Assembly (NCBI GenBank): GCA_964016885.1
Contig: OZ024740.1
Coordinates: 59,148,001 to 59,212,000 of the forward strand
DNA length: 64,000 nt
Direction: 5' to 3'
DNA from: Eledone cirrhosa
Taxonomy: Eukaryota
This document shows, one piece after another, positions 36,603 through 50,568 of this stretch (position 1 is its first letter; every line of letters starts with the position of its first letter). The position numbers and the translations under genes were made by a program. The notes beneath the pieces are model-generated. The model worked only from the letters and a program-made list of their open reading frames with translations. It did no database searches and was not told the origin of the DNA.

Positions 36603-39600
36603 ATCATCATCATCATCATCATCACCGTTTTACGTCCGTTCTTCCACGCTAGCATGGGTTAGACGGGTTGTCCTGTTGTGGGCAGTGTCTGGTCGGCTGA
36701 CCATGCCTTGCTCATACAGGAACTGATCTGGCTTGATTTCTACAGCTGGATGCCCTTCCTAACACCAACCTCATTTACAGTGAGTGCTGGGTGCTTTTTC
36801 GTGGCGCCTACACGTCCACTTTACAGTGTGGGCTGGGTGCTTTTTTGCCGTGGCACCTCCACGACCACCTTGCGGTGGGGGGGGGGGGGCATATTGTTTA
36901 TATGCTTCAGCATGTACCCATGGGAGGTCGGGTACCCTGTATTACTGCGTGACGCCAGAAGTCACGGTCGTGTGTCATTGACTTTGAGAGGTGTAGTTGG
37001 GTAAGGTCGGCTTTTATCACCTCATCCCAAGTCATCTTGGGTCTCCCCACTCCGCGGTTTCCATCAACTTCTAGTGCTCTGCACCTTTTTATGCAGCTGT
37101 CATCCTTCATACGCATCACATGTCCATACCAGCGTAACCGCCTCTCCTGCACGCAGCATTTGATTCCTCTTATGCTCAGTCTCTCTCTCAATTCATTTAT
37201 GCTTTGTCGTTCACGTATATTACTGTTACACATCCATCGGAGCATGCAGGCTTCGTTTCTCTCTAATCTACGTAAGTCTTCCACCTTCAGCGCCCAGGTC
37301 TCACTACCATGTAACATTGCTGTTTGGATACAAGCATCATACAGTCTGCCTTTTATTTTGAAGGAGAAGCCTTTTGCAGCTAGCAGTGGCAGTAGTTCCC
37401 TGAACTTCTTCCATCCCGTTCTTGCCCTAGTTATGTACTTTCTGAACACCCACCTCCGCTGCTAATTCGGTCACCTAGGTAGCAGAAGCTGTCTACTGTT
37501 TCTACAGGGCCCTCCCAGAGATTGGTGGTACTTGTTTCCTGTGGCTGTTTGCTTGCTGTTTCAGCACAGCTGCTGCATGTGAATCCTACATTCTTAATTA
37601 AGCTTCCTGAGATCCCGCTACATCTCTTGTGTACCCATTGTTTGCATTTGGGGCAAAGAATGGAGTTCCTACCTACACCTTTCCTACATACTGAGCAAGG
37701 CCATTTCCCTGAGGGGATCTGGGTTCTGTTTTCTCGTCTACTTATAAGGACCTTAGTCTTTGTCATGTTGACTTTGAGGCCCTTTCTCTCTAGTCCCTGC
37801 TTCCAGGTTTGGAATTTATTCTCTAGTTCTACCATAGATTCAGCTATGAGTGCGAGGTCATCAGCATACAGGAGTTCCCATGGGCATCCGGTCTTAAACT
37901 CCTCCGTTATTGCCTGCAGGACTATGATGAACAGGAGAGGGCTAAGAACAGAGCCCTGGTGGACCCCAACCTGTACGCTAAATTCCTCGCTATACTCATT
38001 GCCAATCCTAACTTTGCTGACTGCTCCCCTATACATGGCTTGTACCGCTTTCACAAGCCATTCATCTACTCCTAGTTTTCTAAGAGCCCACCAGATTACT
38101 GCACGTGGAACTCTGTCAAAGGCTTTCTCAAGGTCGACAAATGCCAAGTAGAGTGGCTTACTTTTAGCTAGGTACTTTTCCTGTAATTGCCTCACAAGGA
38201 AGAGCGCATCAGTGGTGCCTTTCCCTGGAACAAACCCAAATTGCATCTCGTCTATATTCACCCGGTCCCTAATCAGCTGTGCTATAACTCTTTCTGTTAC
38301 TTTCATGACCTGGTCCATCAACTTTATACCTCTATAGTTTCCTCTATCTAGTGCATCGCCTTTACCTTTGTAGCAGTTGACAATGATGCTACTGCACCAG
38401 TCTTTTGGTATGGCCCCCTCTAGTATTACCTGGTTAACGATACGTGTGGTTATAGTGTGACCTACAGACCCAGATGCCTTCAGCATCTCGGCAGCTATAC
38501 CCGATGGACCGGTTGCCTTCCCTATCTTCATATCTCTGATTGCCTTACTTACTACGCTGCCGCTGACTTGTACTGCTGGTCCCTCTATAGGGTCTACGTG
38601 GGGTAGGGTCTCTTCTTCCCATGCATTCTCCTCATTTAGTAATCTATCATAATGACTCTTCCATGCATCTTTCTTCTCAGCACTTGTGAGGGCAAGCTCA
38701 CCTTTATCATTCCGGATACACTTCTCTCCAATGACATCACAACTATCTCTGACACACTGCCTCGCAATCTTGAATACCTCCTGTTTCTGGTCCTCACGTT
38801 GTAAAACATGCTTGAATTTTCTATCCTCTGCTTCCCTCCTAGCTAAGTATACTTGTCGCCTAGCTTCCCTCTTGGTCTCTATGTAATGTACCCTGCTCCC
38901 CCCGTTCTTCCATTCTTTCCATGCCTGTCTCTTGGCCTTGACTGCTTCATCTACCTTATTGTTCCACCACCAAGTCACTCTCCTCCTGCTTGAGGTCTTA
39001 CTCCAGCCACAAACCTCATCCGTCGCCTCTAGTAAGTTATTTTTTAGGAACTCCCAGTTCTCTTCTACGTTAAATGTCTCTATCTGTTCTTCTTTACTGT
39101 CGTAGGCGTTGAGTAAAATATCTTTAAATCTGTTACTGGTTGAGGGGACTTTCAGCTTCCAGATCTTTCTTCTCCAGGTTGGCCTCTGTTTCAGGGCTCG
39201 TCTAGTTCTGACCGTGAGGTCGCTGACAACTAAGCTATGTTGGGATGTACATTCCTCACTAGGGAAGGCTTTTGTGTTTACGACCGTCCATCTGTCACGT
39301 CCTCTGATGAGGATAAAATCTAACTGACTAGAGTGCTCCCCTGATCTATAGGTGATCAGGTGGTTGTCGGGTTTTTTAAAGTTTGTGTTACATATCGACA
39401 TGTCATTGGCGTCGCAGAATTCTAGAAGTCTGAATCCTTCCTCATTCCTTGTGCCAACTCCATGGCCTCCATGTACTCTATTGAAGCCGTCGCAGTGTTT
39501 ACCTACGTGTCCGTTAAAATCTCCTGCAATGATTAGGAAGTCCTTGTCGTCTGTTAGAGCAGTAGTGTGTATTAGGGACTCGTAAAACCTATCCTTAAGT

Positions 39601-40467
39601 TCGTCTGGCAGCCCCGATTGGGGTGCGTAAGCTGATATTATTGTGGTAATTGTCTTATTCAGGACTAGTCTGAGTTTAATGATTCTTGCATTTACCCTGT
39701 ACACTGAGATTACTTTATCTACCCACTTGTCAGCTAATAGTATACCTACACCACCCATCCCATCGTCATTTCCCACCCAGAAAAATTTGTAGCACTGGCT
39801 TTTTCCTACAAGGACTCTAGCAGACCCTCCTCTCCATCTAGTCTCTTGCACACAGCATACATCAACTTCCTTTCGCTCTAGCATTTCTACGATTTCTCCT
39901 GCTCTTCCTTTCATTGAGCCTACATTGATGGTACCAACTCGGAGTTTTGGGCATTTGTCGACACTCGTAGGGGAGGGTCTCTGGGTTGGCGCTTCACGTG
40001 GGTGCTTGGTAGCTCGCAGATTCATATTTCATCTATTGATTCAGAGTTGCTCGTGTATTCCCAGCTCATCCATCCCTAACGGTGGGAAAATTGAGGGCTA
40101 GAAGGACAGTGGTGGTGGGGTAATGGCAGGGTGTGTTGGGATGCGCCAGAGGAGGAGAGAGTTAGTTAGGCAGGTAGTAGCAGCAGCAGCAGTGGAAATG
40201 GCATGCTAGGTTTGATTGGTCGAATAGACTATGGTGGTGTGTGGGGGTGGGGGGGAGGGAAATTGTGAGGTAGAAACTGAGGGTCGCATGGTAAATATCC
40301 AAGTTAATACTACATCAGTAAAATTAACAATAATAACGTCATGAAAAAAAGCTACTAAGAGAAACCCTCGAAAATTTATCGCTAATACAGCAGGGAAAAT
40401 TTAACGCTAATACAGCAGGGAACATCATAATATTAACGACATGAAAAAGCTACTAAGAGAAACCCTA
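36603..40467 (-). mobile_element. Near full-length RTE LINE (subfamily A) with one frameshift
   Basis: Putative 5' UTR, APE+RT+PHD ORF 37431-40025, C-terminus 36907-37449 in another frame, 3' UTR and (GAT)n tail. Confidence 0.93.
37431..40025 (-). CDS. RTE ORF: APE endonuclease + reverse transcriptase + PHD finger (frameshifted before the C-terminus)
   Basis: VGTINV, CCVQETRW, AGDFNGHVG, SQLDFIL, NYRGI, QFGF, LYADD. Confidence 0.93.
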   Translation of the reverse strand: MNLRATKHPREAPTQRPSPTSVDKCPKLRVGTINVGSMKGRAGEIVEMLERKEVDVCCVQETRWRGGSARVLVGKSQCYKFFWVGNDDGMGGVGILLADKWVDKVISVYRVNARIIKLRLVLNKTITTIISAYAPQSGLPDELKDRFYESLIHTTALTDDKDFLIIAGDFNGHVGKHCDGFNRVHGGHGVGTRNEEGFRLLEFCDANDMSICNTNFKKPDNHLITYRSGEHSSQLDFILIRGRDRWTVVNTKAFPSEECTSQHSLVVSDLTVRTRRALKQRPTWRRKIWKLKVPSTSNRFKDILLNAYDSKEEQIETFNVEENWEFLKNNLLEATDEVCGWSKTSSRRRVTWWWNNKVDEAVKAKRQAWKEWKNGGSRVHYIETKREARRQVYLARREAEDRKFKHVLQREDQKQEVFKIARQCVRDSCDVIGEKCIRNDKGELALTSAEKKDAWKSHYDRLLNEENAWEEETLPHVDPIEGPAVQVSGSVVSKAIRDMKIGKATGPSGIAAEMLKASGSVGHTITTRIVNQVILEGAIPKDWCSSIIVNCYKGKGDALDRGNYRGIKLMDQVMKVTERVIAQLIRDRVNIDEMQFGFVPGKGTTDALFLVRQLQEKYLAKSKPLYLAFVDLEKAFDRVPRAVIWWALRKLGVDEWLVKAVQAMYRGAVSKVRIGNEYSEEFSVQVGVHQGSVLSPLLFIIVLQAITEEFKTGCPWELLYADDLALIAESMVELENKFQTWKQGLERKGLKVNMTKTKVLISRRENRTQIPSGKWPCSVCRKGVGRNSILCPKCKQWVHKRCSGISGSLIKNVGFTCSSCAETASKQPQETSTTNLWEGPVETVDSFCYLGDRISSGGGCSEST

Positions 40468-40745
40468 TATATATATATGAATAAAGTGGTCCTCATTAGT
40501 GATCTTCCAACCATCACAGGTATTTCTTCGCTTTAAAGACCATATACCTCCGGTTGGTGCGAGCAACGGCTAGAAAAAGTCGTTGAGATACGTAAATAAA
40601 GGGGACAGCGAGAGTGTAAACAAACAAAGATGGTGAAGCAACGAAAGGTGAGGAATGACATTTAATATATATATATGACATATAATATATATATATGACA
40701 TATAATATATATATATGACATATAATATATATATATATATGATAT

Positions 40746-40780
<35 letters not shown>

Positions 40781-40920
40781 GATATATAATATATATATAT
40801 GATATATAATATATATATATATGATATATATATATATATATATATATGATATAATATATATTATATATATATGATATATAATATATATATATATATGATA
40901 TAATATATATATATATGGTT

Positions 40921-42977
40921 ATCATCATCATCATCATCATCATCACCATTTTACGTCCGTTCTTCCACGCTAGCATGGGTTAGACGGGTTGTCCTGTTGT
41001 GGGCAGTGTCCAGTCGGCTGACCATGCCTTGCTCATACAGGAACTGATTTGGCTTGATTTCTACAGCTGGATGCCCTTCCTAACACCAACCTCATTTACA
41101 GTGAGTGCTGGGTGCTTTTTCGTGGCGCCTACACGTCCACTTTACAGTGTGGGCTGGGTGCTTTTTTGCCGTGGCACCCCCACCACCACCTTGCAGTGGG
41201 AGGGTGTGGGGGCATATTGTCTATATGCTTCAGCTTGTACCCATGGGAGGTCGGGTACTCTGTATTACTGCGTGACACCAGAGGTCATGGTCGTGTGTCA
41301 TCGCCTTTGAGAGGTGTAATTGGGTAAGGTCGGCTTTTATCACCTCATCTCAGGTCTTCTTGGGTCTCCCCACTCCGCGGATTCCATTGACTTCTAGTGC
41401 TCTGCACCTTTTTATGCAGCTGTCATCCTTCATACGCATCACATGTCCATACCAATGCAACCGCCTCTCCTGCACACACCATTTGATTCCTCTTATGCTC
41501 AGTCTCTCTCTCAATTCATTTATGCTTTGTCGTTCGCCTATATTACTATTACACATCCATCGGAGCATGCAGGCTTCGTTTCTCTCTAATCTATGTAAGT
41601 TTTCCACATTCAGCACCCAGGTCTCACTACCATGTAACATTGCTGTTTGGATACAAGCATCATACAGTCTGCCTTTTATTTTGAAGGAGAAGCCTTTTGC
41701 AGCTAGCAGTGGCAGTAGTTCCCTGAACTTCTTCCATCCCGTTCTTGCCCTAGTTATGTACTTTCTGAACACCCACCTCCGCTGCTAATTCGGTCACCTA
41801 GGTAGTAGAAGCTGTCTACTGCCTCTCAGAGATTGGTGGTACTTGTTTCCTGTGGCTGTTTGCTGCTTGCTGTCCCAGTACAGCTGCTGCATGTGAAGCC
41901 TACATTCTTAATTAAGCTTCCTGAGATCCTGCTATATCTCTTGTGTACCCATTGTTTGCATTTGGGGCAGAGAATGGAGTCTCTACCTACACCTTTCCTA
42001 CATACCGAGCAAGGCCATTTCCCTGAGGGGATCTGGGTTCTGTTTTCTTGTCTACTTACAAGGACCTTAGTCTTTGTCATGTTAACTTTGAGACCCTTTC
42101 TTTCTAGTCCCTGCTTCCAAGTCTGGAATTTCATTTCTAGTTCTACCATAGATTCAGCTATAAGTGCGAGATCATCAGCATAGAGGAGTTCCCATGGGCA
42201 TCCGGTCTTAAACTCCTCCGTTATTGCCTGCAGGACTATGATGAACAGGAGAGGGCTAAGAACAGTGCCCTAGTTGACACCAACCTGTACGCTAAATTCC
42301 TCGCTATACTCATTGCTAATCCTAACTTTGCTGACTGCTCCCCTATACATGGCTTGTACAGCTTTCACAAGCCATTCATCTACTCCTAGTTTTCTAAGAG
42401 CCCACCAGATTACAGCACGTGGAACTCTGTCAAAGGCTTTCTCAAGATCGACGAATGCCAAGTAGAGTGGCTTACTTTTAGCTAGGTACTTTTCCTGTAA
42501 CTGCCTCACAAGGAAGAAGGCATCAGTGGTGCTTCTTCTTGGTACAAACCCAAATTGCATCTCATCTAGTTTCACCCGGTCCCTAATCAACTGTGCTATA
42601 ACTCTTTCTGTTACTTTCATGACCTGGTCCATCAGCTTTATACCTCTATAGTCTCCTCTATCTAGTGCATCACCTTTACCTTTGTAGCAGTTGACAATGA
42701 TGCTACTGCACCAATCTTTTGGTATAACACCTTCTAGTATTACCTGGTTAACAATACGTGTGGTTATAGTGTGACCTACAGACCCAGATGCCTTCAGCAT
42801 CTCGGCAGCTATACCCGATGGACCGGTTGCCTTCCCCATCTTCATATCTTTGATTGCCTTACTTACTACGCTGCTGCTGACTTGTACTGCTGGCCCCTCT
42901 ATAGGGTCTACTTGGGGTAGGGTCTCTTCTTCCCATGCATTCTCCTCATTTAGTAATCTATCATAATGACTCTTCCA
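40921..42977 (-). mobile_element. 5'-truncated RTE LINE (subfamily A)
   Basis: RT segments 42270-42977, 41826-42149, 41350-41772; tail present. Confidence 0.92.
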
Positions 42978-42985
42978 TGATATAA

Positions 42986-43020
<35 letters not shown>

Positions 43021-43309
43021 GATATATATATATATATGATATATATATATATATATATGATATAATATATATATATATATGATATAATATATATATGATA
43101 TAATATATATATGATATAATATATATATATGAAACATAATATATATATATATGATATATAATATATATATATGATATATAATATATATATATGATAATAT
43201 ATATATATGACATTTAATATATATGACATATAATATATATATATGACATATAATATATATATATTTGACATATAATATATATATATGACATATAATATAT
43301 ATATATATG

Positions 43310-43357
<48 letters not shown>

Positions 43358-43519
43358 AATGTTATATTTAATTTGTTGGGATACAACAAGCTTAAAAATA
43401 TATAATATATATATATGATATATAATATATATATATGATATATGATATATAATATATATATATGATATATAATGTATAATATATATATATGATATATAAT
43501 ATATAATATATATATATGA

Positions 43520-43646
43520 TATTGTCTTTTTTGCCGTGGCACCTTGCGGTGGGGGGTGTGGGGGCATATTGTATATATGCTTCAGCTTGTACCCATGGGA
43601 GTTCGGGTACTCTATATTACTGCGTGACGCCAGAGGTCACGGTCGT
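43520..43646 (-). mobile_element. RTE subfamily A 3' fragment, inverted relative to and fused with the next element
   Basis: Matches 36840-36972. Confidence 0.75.
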
Positions 43647-46600
43647 GAATGACAGAATAATTGAATTAAGACTAGTTCTAAATAGAACTACTGTGACAAT
43701 AATATCTGCTTATGCACCCCAATCTGGTCTACCTGATGTTATAAAGGACGGGTTCTGTGAGATACTAATGCACACTACCTCCCAAATAACCGACAGCGAC
43801 TACTTAATTATTGCTGGCGATCTAAACGGGCACGATGGACAACATGGTGATAGCTATGATGGAATCCATGGAGGCTATGATGTTGGAAATAGAAATGAGG
43901 AGGGCTTCAGAATCCTGGAATTCTGTGATGCAAATAGCCTAACTATCTGTAACACAAACTTAAATAAATGTGAAAACCACTTGATCACCGACAGATCAGG
44001 GGAACACGCCAGCCAGATAGATTATATCCTTACTAGATGACGGGACAAAATGTCTGTTGTAAACACTAAATCCCTCCCCCGTGAAGAATGCACCTCCCAA
44101 CATAGCCTAGTAGTTAGTGACCTCATAGTCAGGAATAGACGTACTTGACGACAGAGGAGGCCTAGCTTGAGGAGAAGAATATGGAAGTTGAAGGACCCCA
44201 TAGCCAGTGACAAATTTAAAAGCTTATTACTTGATGCCTTTGACAATAAGGAAGAGCAATTAGAGACGTGCAATATAGAGGAACAGTGGCAATTCTTGAA
44301 AGTTAACCTGCTGAAAGCAATGGATGAAATCTGTGGTTGGAGCAGACCTATTGGCAGGAGGAGAGTAACTTCGTGGTGGAATAGTAAGGTGGAAGAGACA
44401 ATCAAGGCCAAAAAGCAGGCTTGGAAAGTATGGCAGGATGGGGGAATTAGAGAGCACTATCAAGTGGCCAGGAGAGAAGCTAGGAGACAAGTGTACCTTG
44501 CAAAAAGGGTACCAGAGGATAGAAAGTTCAAGCATGTTCTACAACGTGAGGTGTTCAGGATTGCTAGACAATGTGTCAAGGAAAACCGTGATATTGTCGG
44601 GGAGAAGTGTGTCCGTAATGATAATGGTGTACTTGCGCTCACTGATACTGATAAGAAGATAGCCTGGAAGTGTCACTACGAGAGACTATTAAATGAGGAG
44701 AATAAATGGGAAAAAGATAGTCTGCCCCAAATCGATCCAATAGAAGGACCAGCGGTGCAAGTTAAAAGTAGTATAATAAGTAAGGCAATCAAAGATATGA
44801 AGACAGGCAAGGCAGCTGGGCCTTCGGAGATAGTTGCAGAGATGTTAAAGGCATCTAGTAGAGTGGGACACACTATGGCCACCCATATAGTTAACCAAGT
44901 AATACAGAATGGGGTCATACTGAAAGACTGGCGTAGCAGCATCATCATTAACTGCTACAAGGGTAAAGGGGATGCTCTAGATAGGGGAAACTATAGAGGC
45001 ATTAAGTTAGTTGACCAGGTGATGAAGGTCACAGAACGAGTTATAGCGCAACTAATCAGAGAGCGAATTGATCTAGATGAAATGCAGTTTGGGTTTGTGT
45101 CAGGTAAAAGTACCACAGACGCTCTTTTCCTTGTACGACAACTACAAGAGAAGTACCTAACTTAAAGTAAACCCCTCTACTTAGCTTTTGTAGACCTGGA
45201 GAAAGCTTTTGACACAGTCCCCCACTCCATTATCTGGTGGGCTCTTAGAAAACTAGAATGGCTTGTGAGAGCTATACAAGCTATGTATAATAAAACAGTC
45301 AGTAAGGTTAGAATTAACAATGAATATTGTGAAGAATTTAGTGTAAAAGTTGTCGTTCATCAAGGCTCTGTCCTTAGCCCCCTCTTATTTATGATTGCCC
45401 TCCAGGCTATAACAGAGGAATTCAATACCGGATGCCCATGGTAACTCCTATACGCAGATGATCTAACGCTCATAGCTGAATCAATGGCTGAACTAGAGAA
45501 GAAATTCGAAACATGGAAGAATGGCCTAGAATCAAAAGGCTTTAAAGTTAACTTGTCTAAGACTAAAGTTCTAGTTTGTAGAAAGGAAAATAGGACACAG
45601 GTGCCCTCAGGGAAATGGCCATGCTCAGTGTGTAGGAAAGAAGTAGGCAGAAATTCCATTTTATGTCCCCAAAACAAAGTATGGGTACATAAAAGATGGA
45701 GTGGGATCACAGGTAAACTATCTAAGAACGTAGACTTTATATGTGGCCAATGCTCAGGTGCAATAAGTAGCAAGTGTCCAAAGGATACTAGCTTCTTCTA
45801 TTGCCCAGATGGTTCTATAGAAATAGTAGACACTTTCCGTTACCTGGGTGACGAAATCAGCAGTGGTGGCGGGTGTTCTGAAAGTACAGTAGCTAGAGTC
45901 AGAATGGGATGGAAAAAGTTCAGAGAGCTTATATTGCTGTTGGCCACAAAAGGTTTCTCTCTAAAAATGAAAGACAGATTGTATGATGCCTGTATGCGAA
46001 CAGCAATGGTACATGGCAGTGACACATGGGCATTATGTGCAAAGGACCTGCATAGACGGGGAAGGAACGAAGCATGCATGCTCCATTGGATGTGTAATAG
46101 TAATATACGTGAACAGCAAAGCATAAATGAACTAAGTGAGAAATTAGGAATAAGAGGGATCAAATGCGGTTTACTTGAGAGAAGACTACGTTGGTATGGT
46201 CACGTGGTGCGCATGAAAGACGACAGCTGTATAAAAATATGCAGGGCGATCAAATTTGATGGTAGTTACGGAGTAGGTAGACCCAGAAAAACCTGGGACG
46301 ATCGGATAAATTCCGACCTTACACATTTGCACCTCTCTAAGACAATGCCACTGTATCGAGATCTTTGGCGCTATGCAGTAATACAGAAGACCCGTCTTGT
46401 CTATGTACAAAGCAAAACCTACAGTCAGTAGGCACCTCTTAACCAAATATACACCCCAATCCACTACCCCTACCCTATCCTCCCACTCCCACCAACAGCA
46501 CGAGAAAATGAGATCGAGATCGTGTAGGGTCACGACAAAAAACACAAACAGTCCACGCTGTAATGTGGCCGTGTAGGTAACACGGTAAAAAGTTCCCAGT

Positions 46601-46779
46601 TCCACACTGTAAATATGGTTGGTGTTAGGAAGGGCATCCAGCCATAGAAAATCTGCCACATAGTCCTATATGAGTGAGACACGGTCACCCGACCAGCCTT
46701 GCCTCAAGTAAAACAACTCCCGTATAACCCATGCTAGCGTGGAAAATGGACGTTAAACGAAGATGATGATGATGATGAT
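43647..46779 (+). mobile_element. RTE LINE (subfamily B), near full-length pseudogene
   Basis: APE, RT and PHD segments interrupted by stops; (GAT)n tail. Confidence 0.92.
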
Positions 46780-46790
46780 ATATGATATAT

Positions 46791-47248
46791 AATTGTTTCT
46801 ACTTTAGGCACAAGGCCTGCAATTACCCAGTGCAGTACTGGTACTTTATTTTATCGACCCCGTAAGGATGAAAGGCAAAGTCAACCTCAGCAGGATTTGA
46901 ACTCAGATCGTAAAGGGACGTAACTATGCTGGAAAGCATGGCGTCCGACCCTCTACCGATACTGCCAATCCAATGATATATAATATATATATATATGATA
47001 TACAATATATAATTGTTTCTACTTTTGGCACAAGGCCAGCAATATATAATATATATATATAATTGTTTCTACTTTAGGCACAAGGCCAGCAATTACCCAG
47101 TGCATTACTGGTACTTTATTTTATCGACCCCGTAAGGATGAAAGGCAAAGTCAACCTCGGCGGGATTGGAAATCAGATCGTAAAGGGGCGTAACTATCCT
47201 GGAAAGCATGGCGTCCGACCCTCTAGTGATACTGCCAATCCACCGCCC
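46791..47248 (-). mobile_element. Cluster of SINE family 1 copies (46791-46972, fragment 47011-47042, 47061-47248)
   Basis: Reverse complements of 5397-5580. Confidence 0.85.
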
Positions 47249-47577
47249 TTATGATATGTATATATATGATATATAATATATAATATATATATATGATATA
47301 TAATATATATATATATAATGTATAATATATATATATAATATATAATATATATATATATGATATATAATATATATATATGATATATAATATATATATATAT
47401 AATATATATATATAATATATAATATATATATATAATATATATATATATCATGTATAATATATATATATATGATATATGATATATACATATATGATATATA
47501 ATATATATATGATATATAATATATAGATATATATATAATATATATATATATGATATATAATATATATATGATATATA

Positions 47578-48620
47578 ATCATCATCATCATCATCATCAA
47601 CGTTTAACGTCCGTGTTCCACGCTTGCATGGGTTTGGACGGGGGTTTTCCCAGTTGAGGCAAGAGTGATTGTCTTGCTCGCATAGGACTGTCTGGCGGGT
47701 TTTCTACAGCTGGATGCCCTTCCTAACACCAACCACATTTACAGTGTGGGACTGGGACGTTTTTACCGTGTTGCCTACACGGCCACATTACAGCGTGGAC
47801 TGTCTGGCGGGTTTTCTACAGCTGGATGCCCTTCCTAACACCAACCACATTTACAGTGTGGGGCTGGGAGGTTTTTACCGTGTTGCCTACACGGCCACAT
47901 TACAGCGTGGACTGTGTGTTTTTTGTCGTGACACCTACACGATCTCATTTGTTTCGGCCTGGATGTTGTGGCACCAACATAACTTTACATTGAAAGGAGC
48001 GGTGTGGATGGGGTGGGGTGGTGAGACGGGGGTGTGTTTTGATAGAGATGCCTACTGACTGTAGTAGGTTTTACTTTGTATTTAGGTAAGGCGGGTCTTC
48101 TCTATTACTGAGTACCGCCAAAGGTCTCGGTCCAGTGACATTGTCTTGGAGAGGTGTAAGCGTGTGAGGTCGGAATTTATCATGTCGTCCCAGGTTTTTC
48201 TGGGTCTACCTACTCTGTGGCTACCGTCTATCTTTATTGCCCTGCATTTTGTTATACAGCTGTCGTCTTTCATGCGCATCACATGACCATACCAACGTAG
48301 CCTTCTCTCGAGTAAACAACATCTGATCCCTCTTATTTCTAATTTTTTCATTAGTTCGTTTATGCTTAGCCGTTCACGTATATTACTATTGCACATCCAG
48401 CGGAGCATGCAAGCTTCGTTCCTCTCTAGTCTGCGTATATCCTCTCCACACAATGCCCAGGTCTCACTGCCATGCAGCATTGCTGTTCGTATGCAGGCAT
48501 CGTATAACCTGCCTTTCATTTTTAGGGAGAACCCTCTAGCGGCTAATAGTGGTATAAGCTCTCTGAACTTTTTCCATCCAGTTCTGACTCTAGCTACTGT
48601 ACTTTCAGAGCACCCTCCCC
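47578..48620 (-). mobile_element. RTE 3' end (B-related), left arm of an inverted pair
   Basis: ORF 48082-48633, duplicated UTR block, tail. Confidence 0.9.
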
Positions 48621-49367
48621 CACAATGTTGCATGGCCGTGAGACCTGGGCATTGTGTGCAGAGGATATACGCAGACTAGAGAGGAACGAAGCTTGCATGC
48701 TCCGCTGGATGTGTAATAGTAATATACGTGAACGGCAAAGCATAAACGAACTAAGGAAAAAATTAGAAATAAGAGGGATCAGATGTTGTTTACTTGAGAG
48801 AAGGCTACGTTGGTATGGTCACATGATGCGCATGAAAGACGACAGCTGTATAACAAAGTGCAGGGCAATAAAGATAGACGGTAGCCACGGAGTAGGCAGA
48901 CCCAGAAAAACCTGGGACGAGCTGATAAATTCCGACCTCACACACATACACCTCTCCAAGACAATGTCACTGGACCGAGACCTTTGGCGGTACTCAGTAA
49001 TAGAGAAGACCCGCCTTACCTAAATACAAAGTAAAACCTACTACTGTCAGTAGGCATCTCTAACAAAATACACCCCCGTCCCACCACCACCGCCCCATCC
49101 ACACCACCCCTTTCAATGTAAAGTTATGTTGGTGGCACAACATCCAGGCCGAAACAAATGAGATCGTGTAGGTGTCACGACAAAAAAACACACAGCCCAC
49201 GCTGTAAATGTGGTTGGTGTTAGGAAGGGCATCCAGCTGTAGAAAACCCGCCAGACAGTCCTGTGCGAGCAAGACAATCACTCTTGCCTCAAGTGGGAAA
49301 ACTCCCGTCCAAACCCATGCAAGCGTGGAACACGGACGTTAAACGATGATGATGATGATGATGATGA
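48621..49367 (+). mobile_element. RTE 3' end (B-related), right arm of an inverted pair
   Basis: ORF 48625-49023 and (GAT)n tail. Confidence 0.9.
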
Positions 49368-49390
49368 TATATAATATATATTTATATATG

Positions 49391-49423
<33 letters not shown>

Positions 49424-49489
49424 GATATATAATATATATATATATATGATATATAATATATATAAATATGATATATAATATATATATAT

Positions 49490-49803
49490 GTATCGTTCTC
49501 GGTTCGCCTGACCGACTTAACTCACTCGATATGCAAATTAGGCTGCTCAGCCGTTAATTTTCATAAGGAAAGTATATACTTTCGAACGTTCATCTATCTG
49601 GCAGAAGGGCATACGGTGCTGATGATAGCTAACAAGCTTGAAACTAGTACATCGTTCCTGTGTCAGTGTTGAACAAAAAGGTGACGTGGTTGCCTTAACA
49701 CCGTACGGCATAAATTCAGGCTGTTCAGTTTGTTTACAAACGAACAAAGCGGGCGTTATAATAAGCGTCCGCTAAACTGATACGTGCATATATGTATGTG
49801 TAC

Positions 49804-49864
<61 letters not shown>

Positions 49865-49980
49865 TGCATGCTACTGTACGTCTGTATACATATATGTATG
49901 TACGTATACATACATACTTACATTTAAGTAAGTGCCGTACTAAGAGTGAAAAATGAAATTTCGTTTTCATTTTATTACAA
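49490..49980 (+). mobile_element. 424-bp family retrozyme-like copy, HHR at 49614-49654
   Basis: CGGUG CUGAUGA U AGCU aaca AGCU U GAAA CUAG UA CAUCG. Confidence 0.82.
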
Positions 49981-50054
<74 letters not shown>

Positions 50055-50174
50055 ATATAATATATATATATATATATACGATATATAATATATATATATA
50101 TATATATGATATATAATATTTATATATATATACGATATATAATATATATATATATATATATGATATATAATATT

Positions 50175-50248
<74 letters not shown>

Positions 50249-50529
50249 TCATCATCATTCGTCGACTACTGTCGTGATGATGGATCTCACTCTCATGACC
50301 CAGAATTCCCCGTGACCCATCGTTGCCCCCAGGTCCTGTCTACTGATTCCCGTATCCCTAAAGATAACGTCAGGGAATGACAGCTTCCTACTCCTAGTCA
50401 GGCTGGAATATATATGATATAATATATATATATATATATCATATATATATATATATATTATATCATATATATATATATATTATATATCATATATATATAT
50501 ATATTATATATCATATATATATATTATAT

Positions 50530-50564
<35 letters not shown>

Positions 50565-50568
<4 letters not shown>

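Noticed and set aside
37522-38151. Recurrent antisense ORFs over RTE copies
   Set aside because: Shadow frames of the RT coding strand with no independent motifs
40480-40660. Possible ribozyme island (also 50260-50408)
   Set aside because: I could not assemble a complete core or stems on either strand; left unassigned
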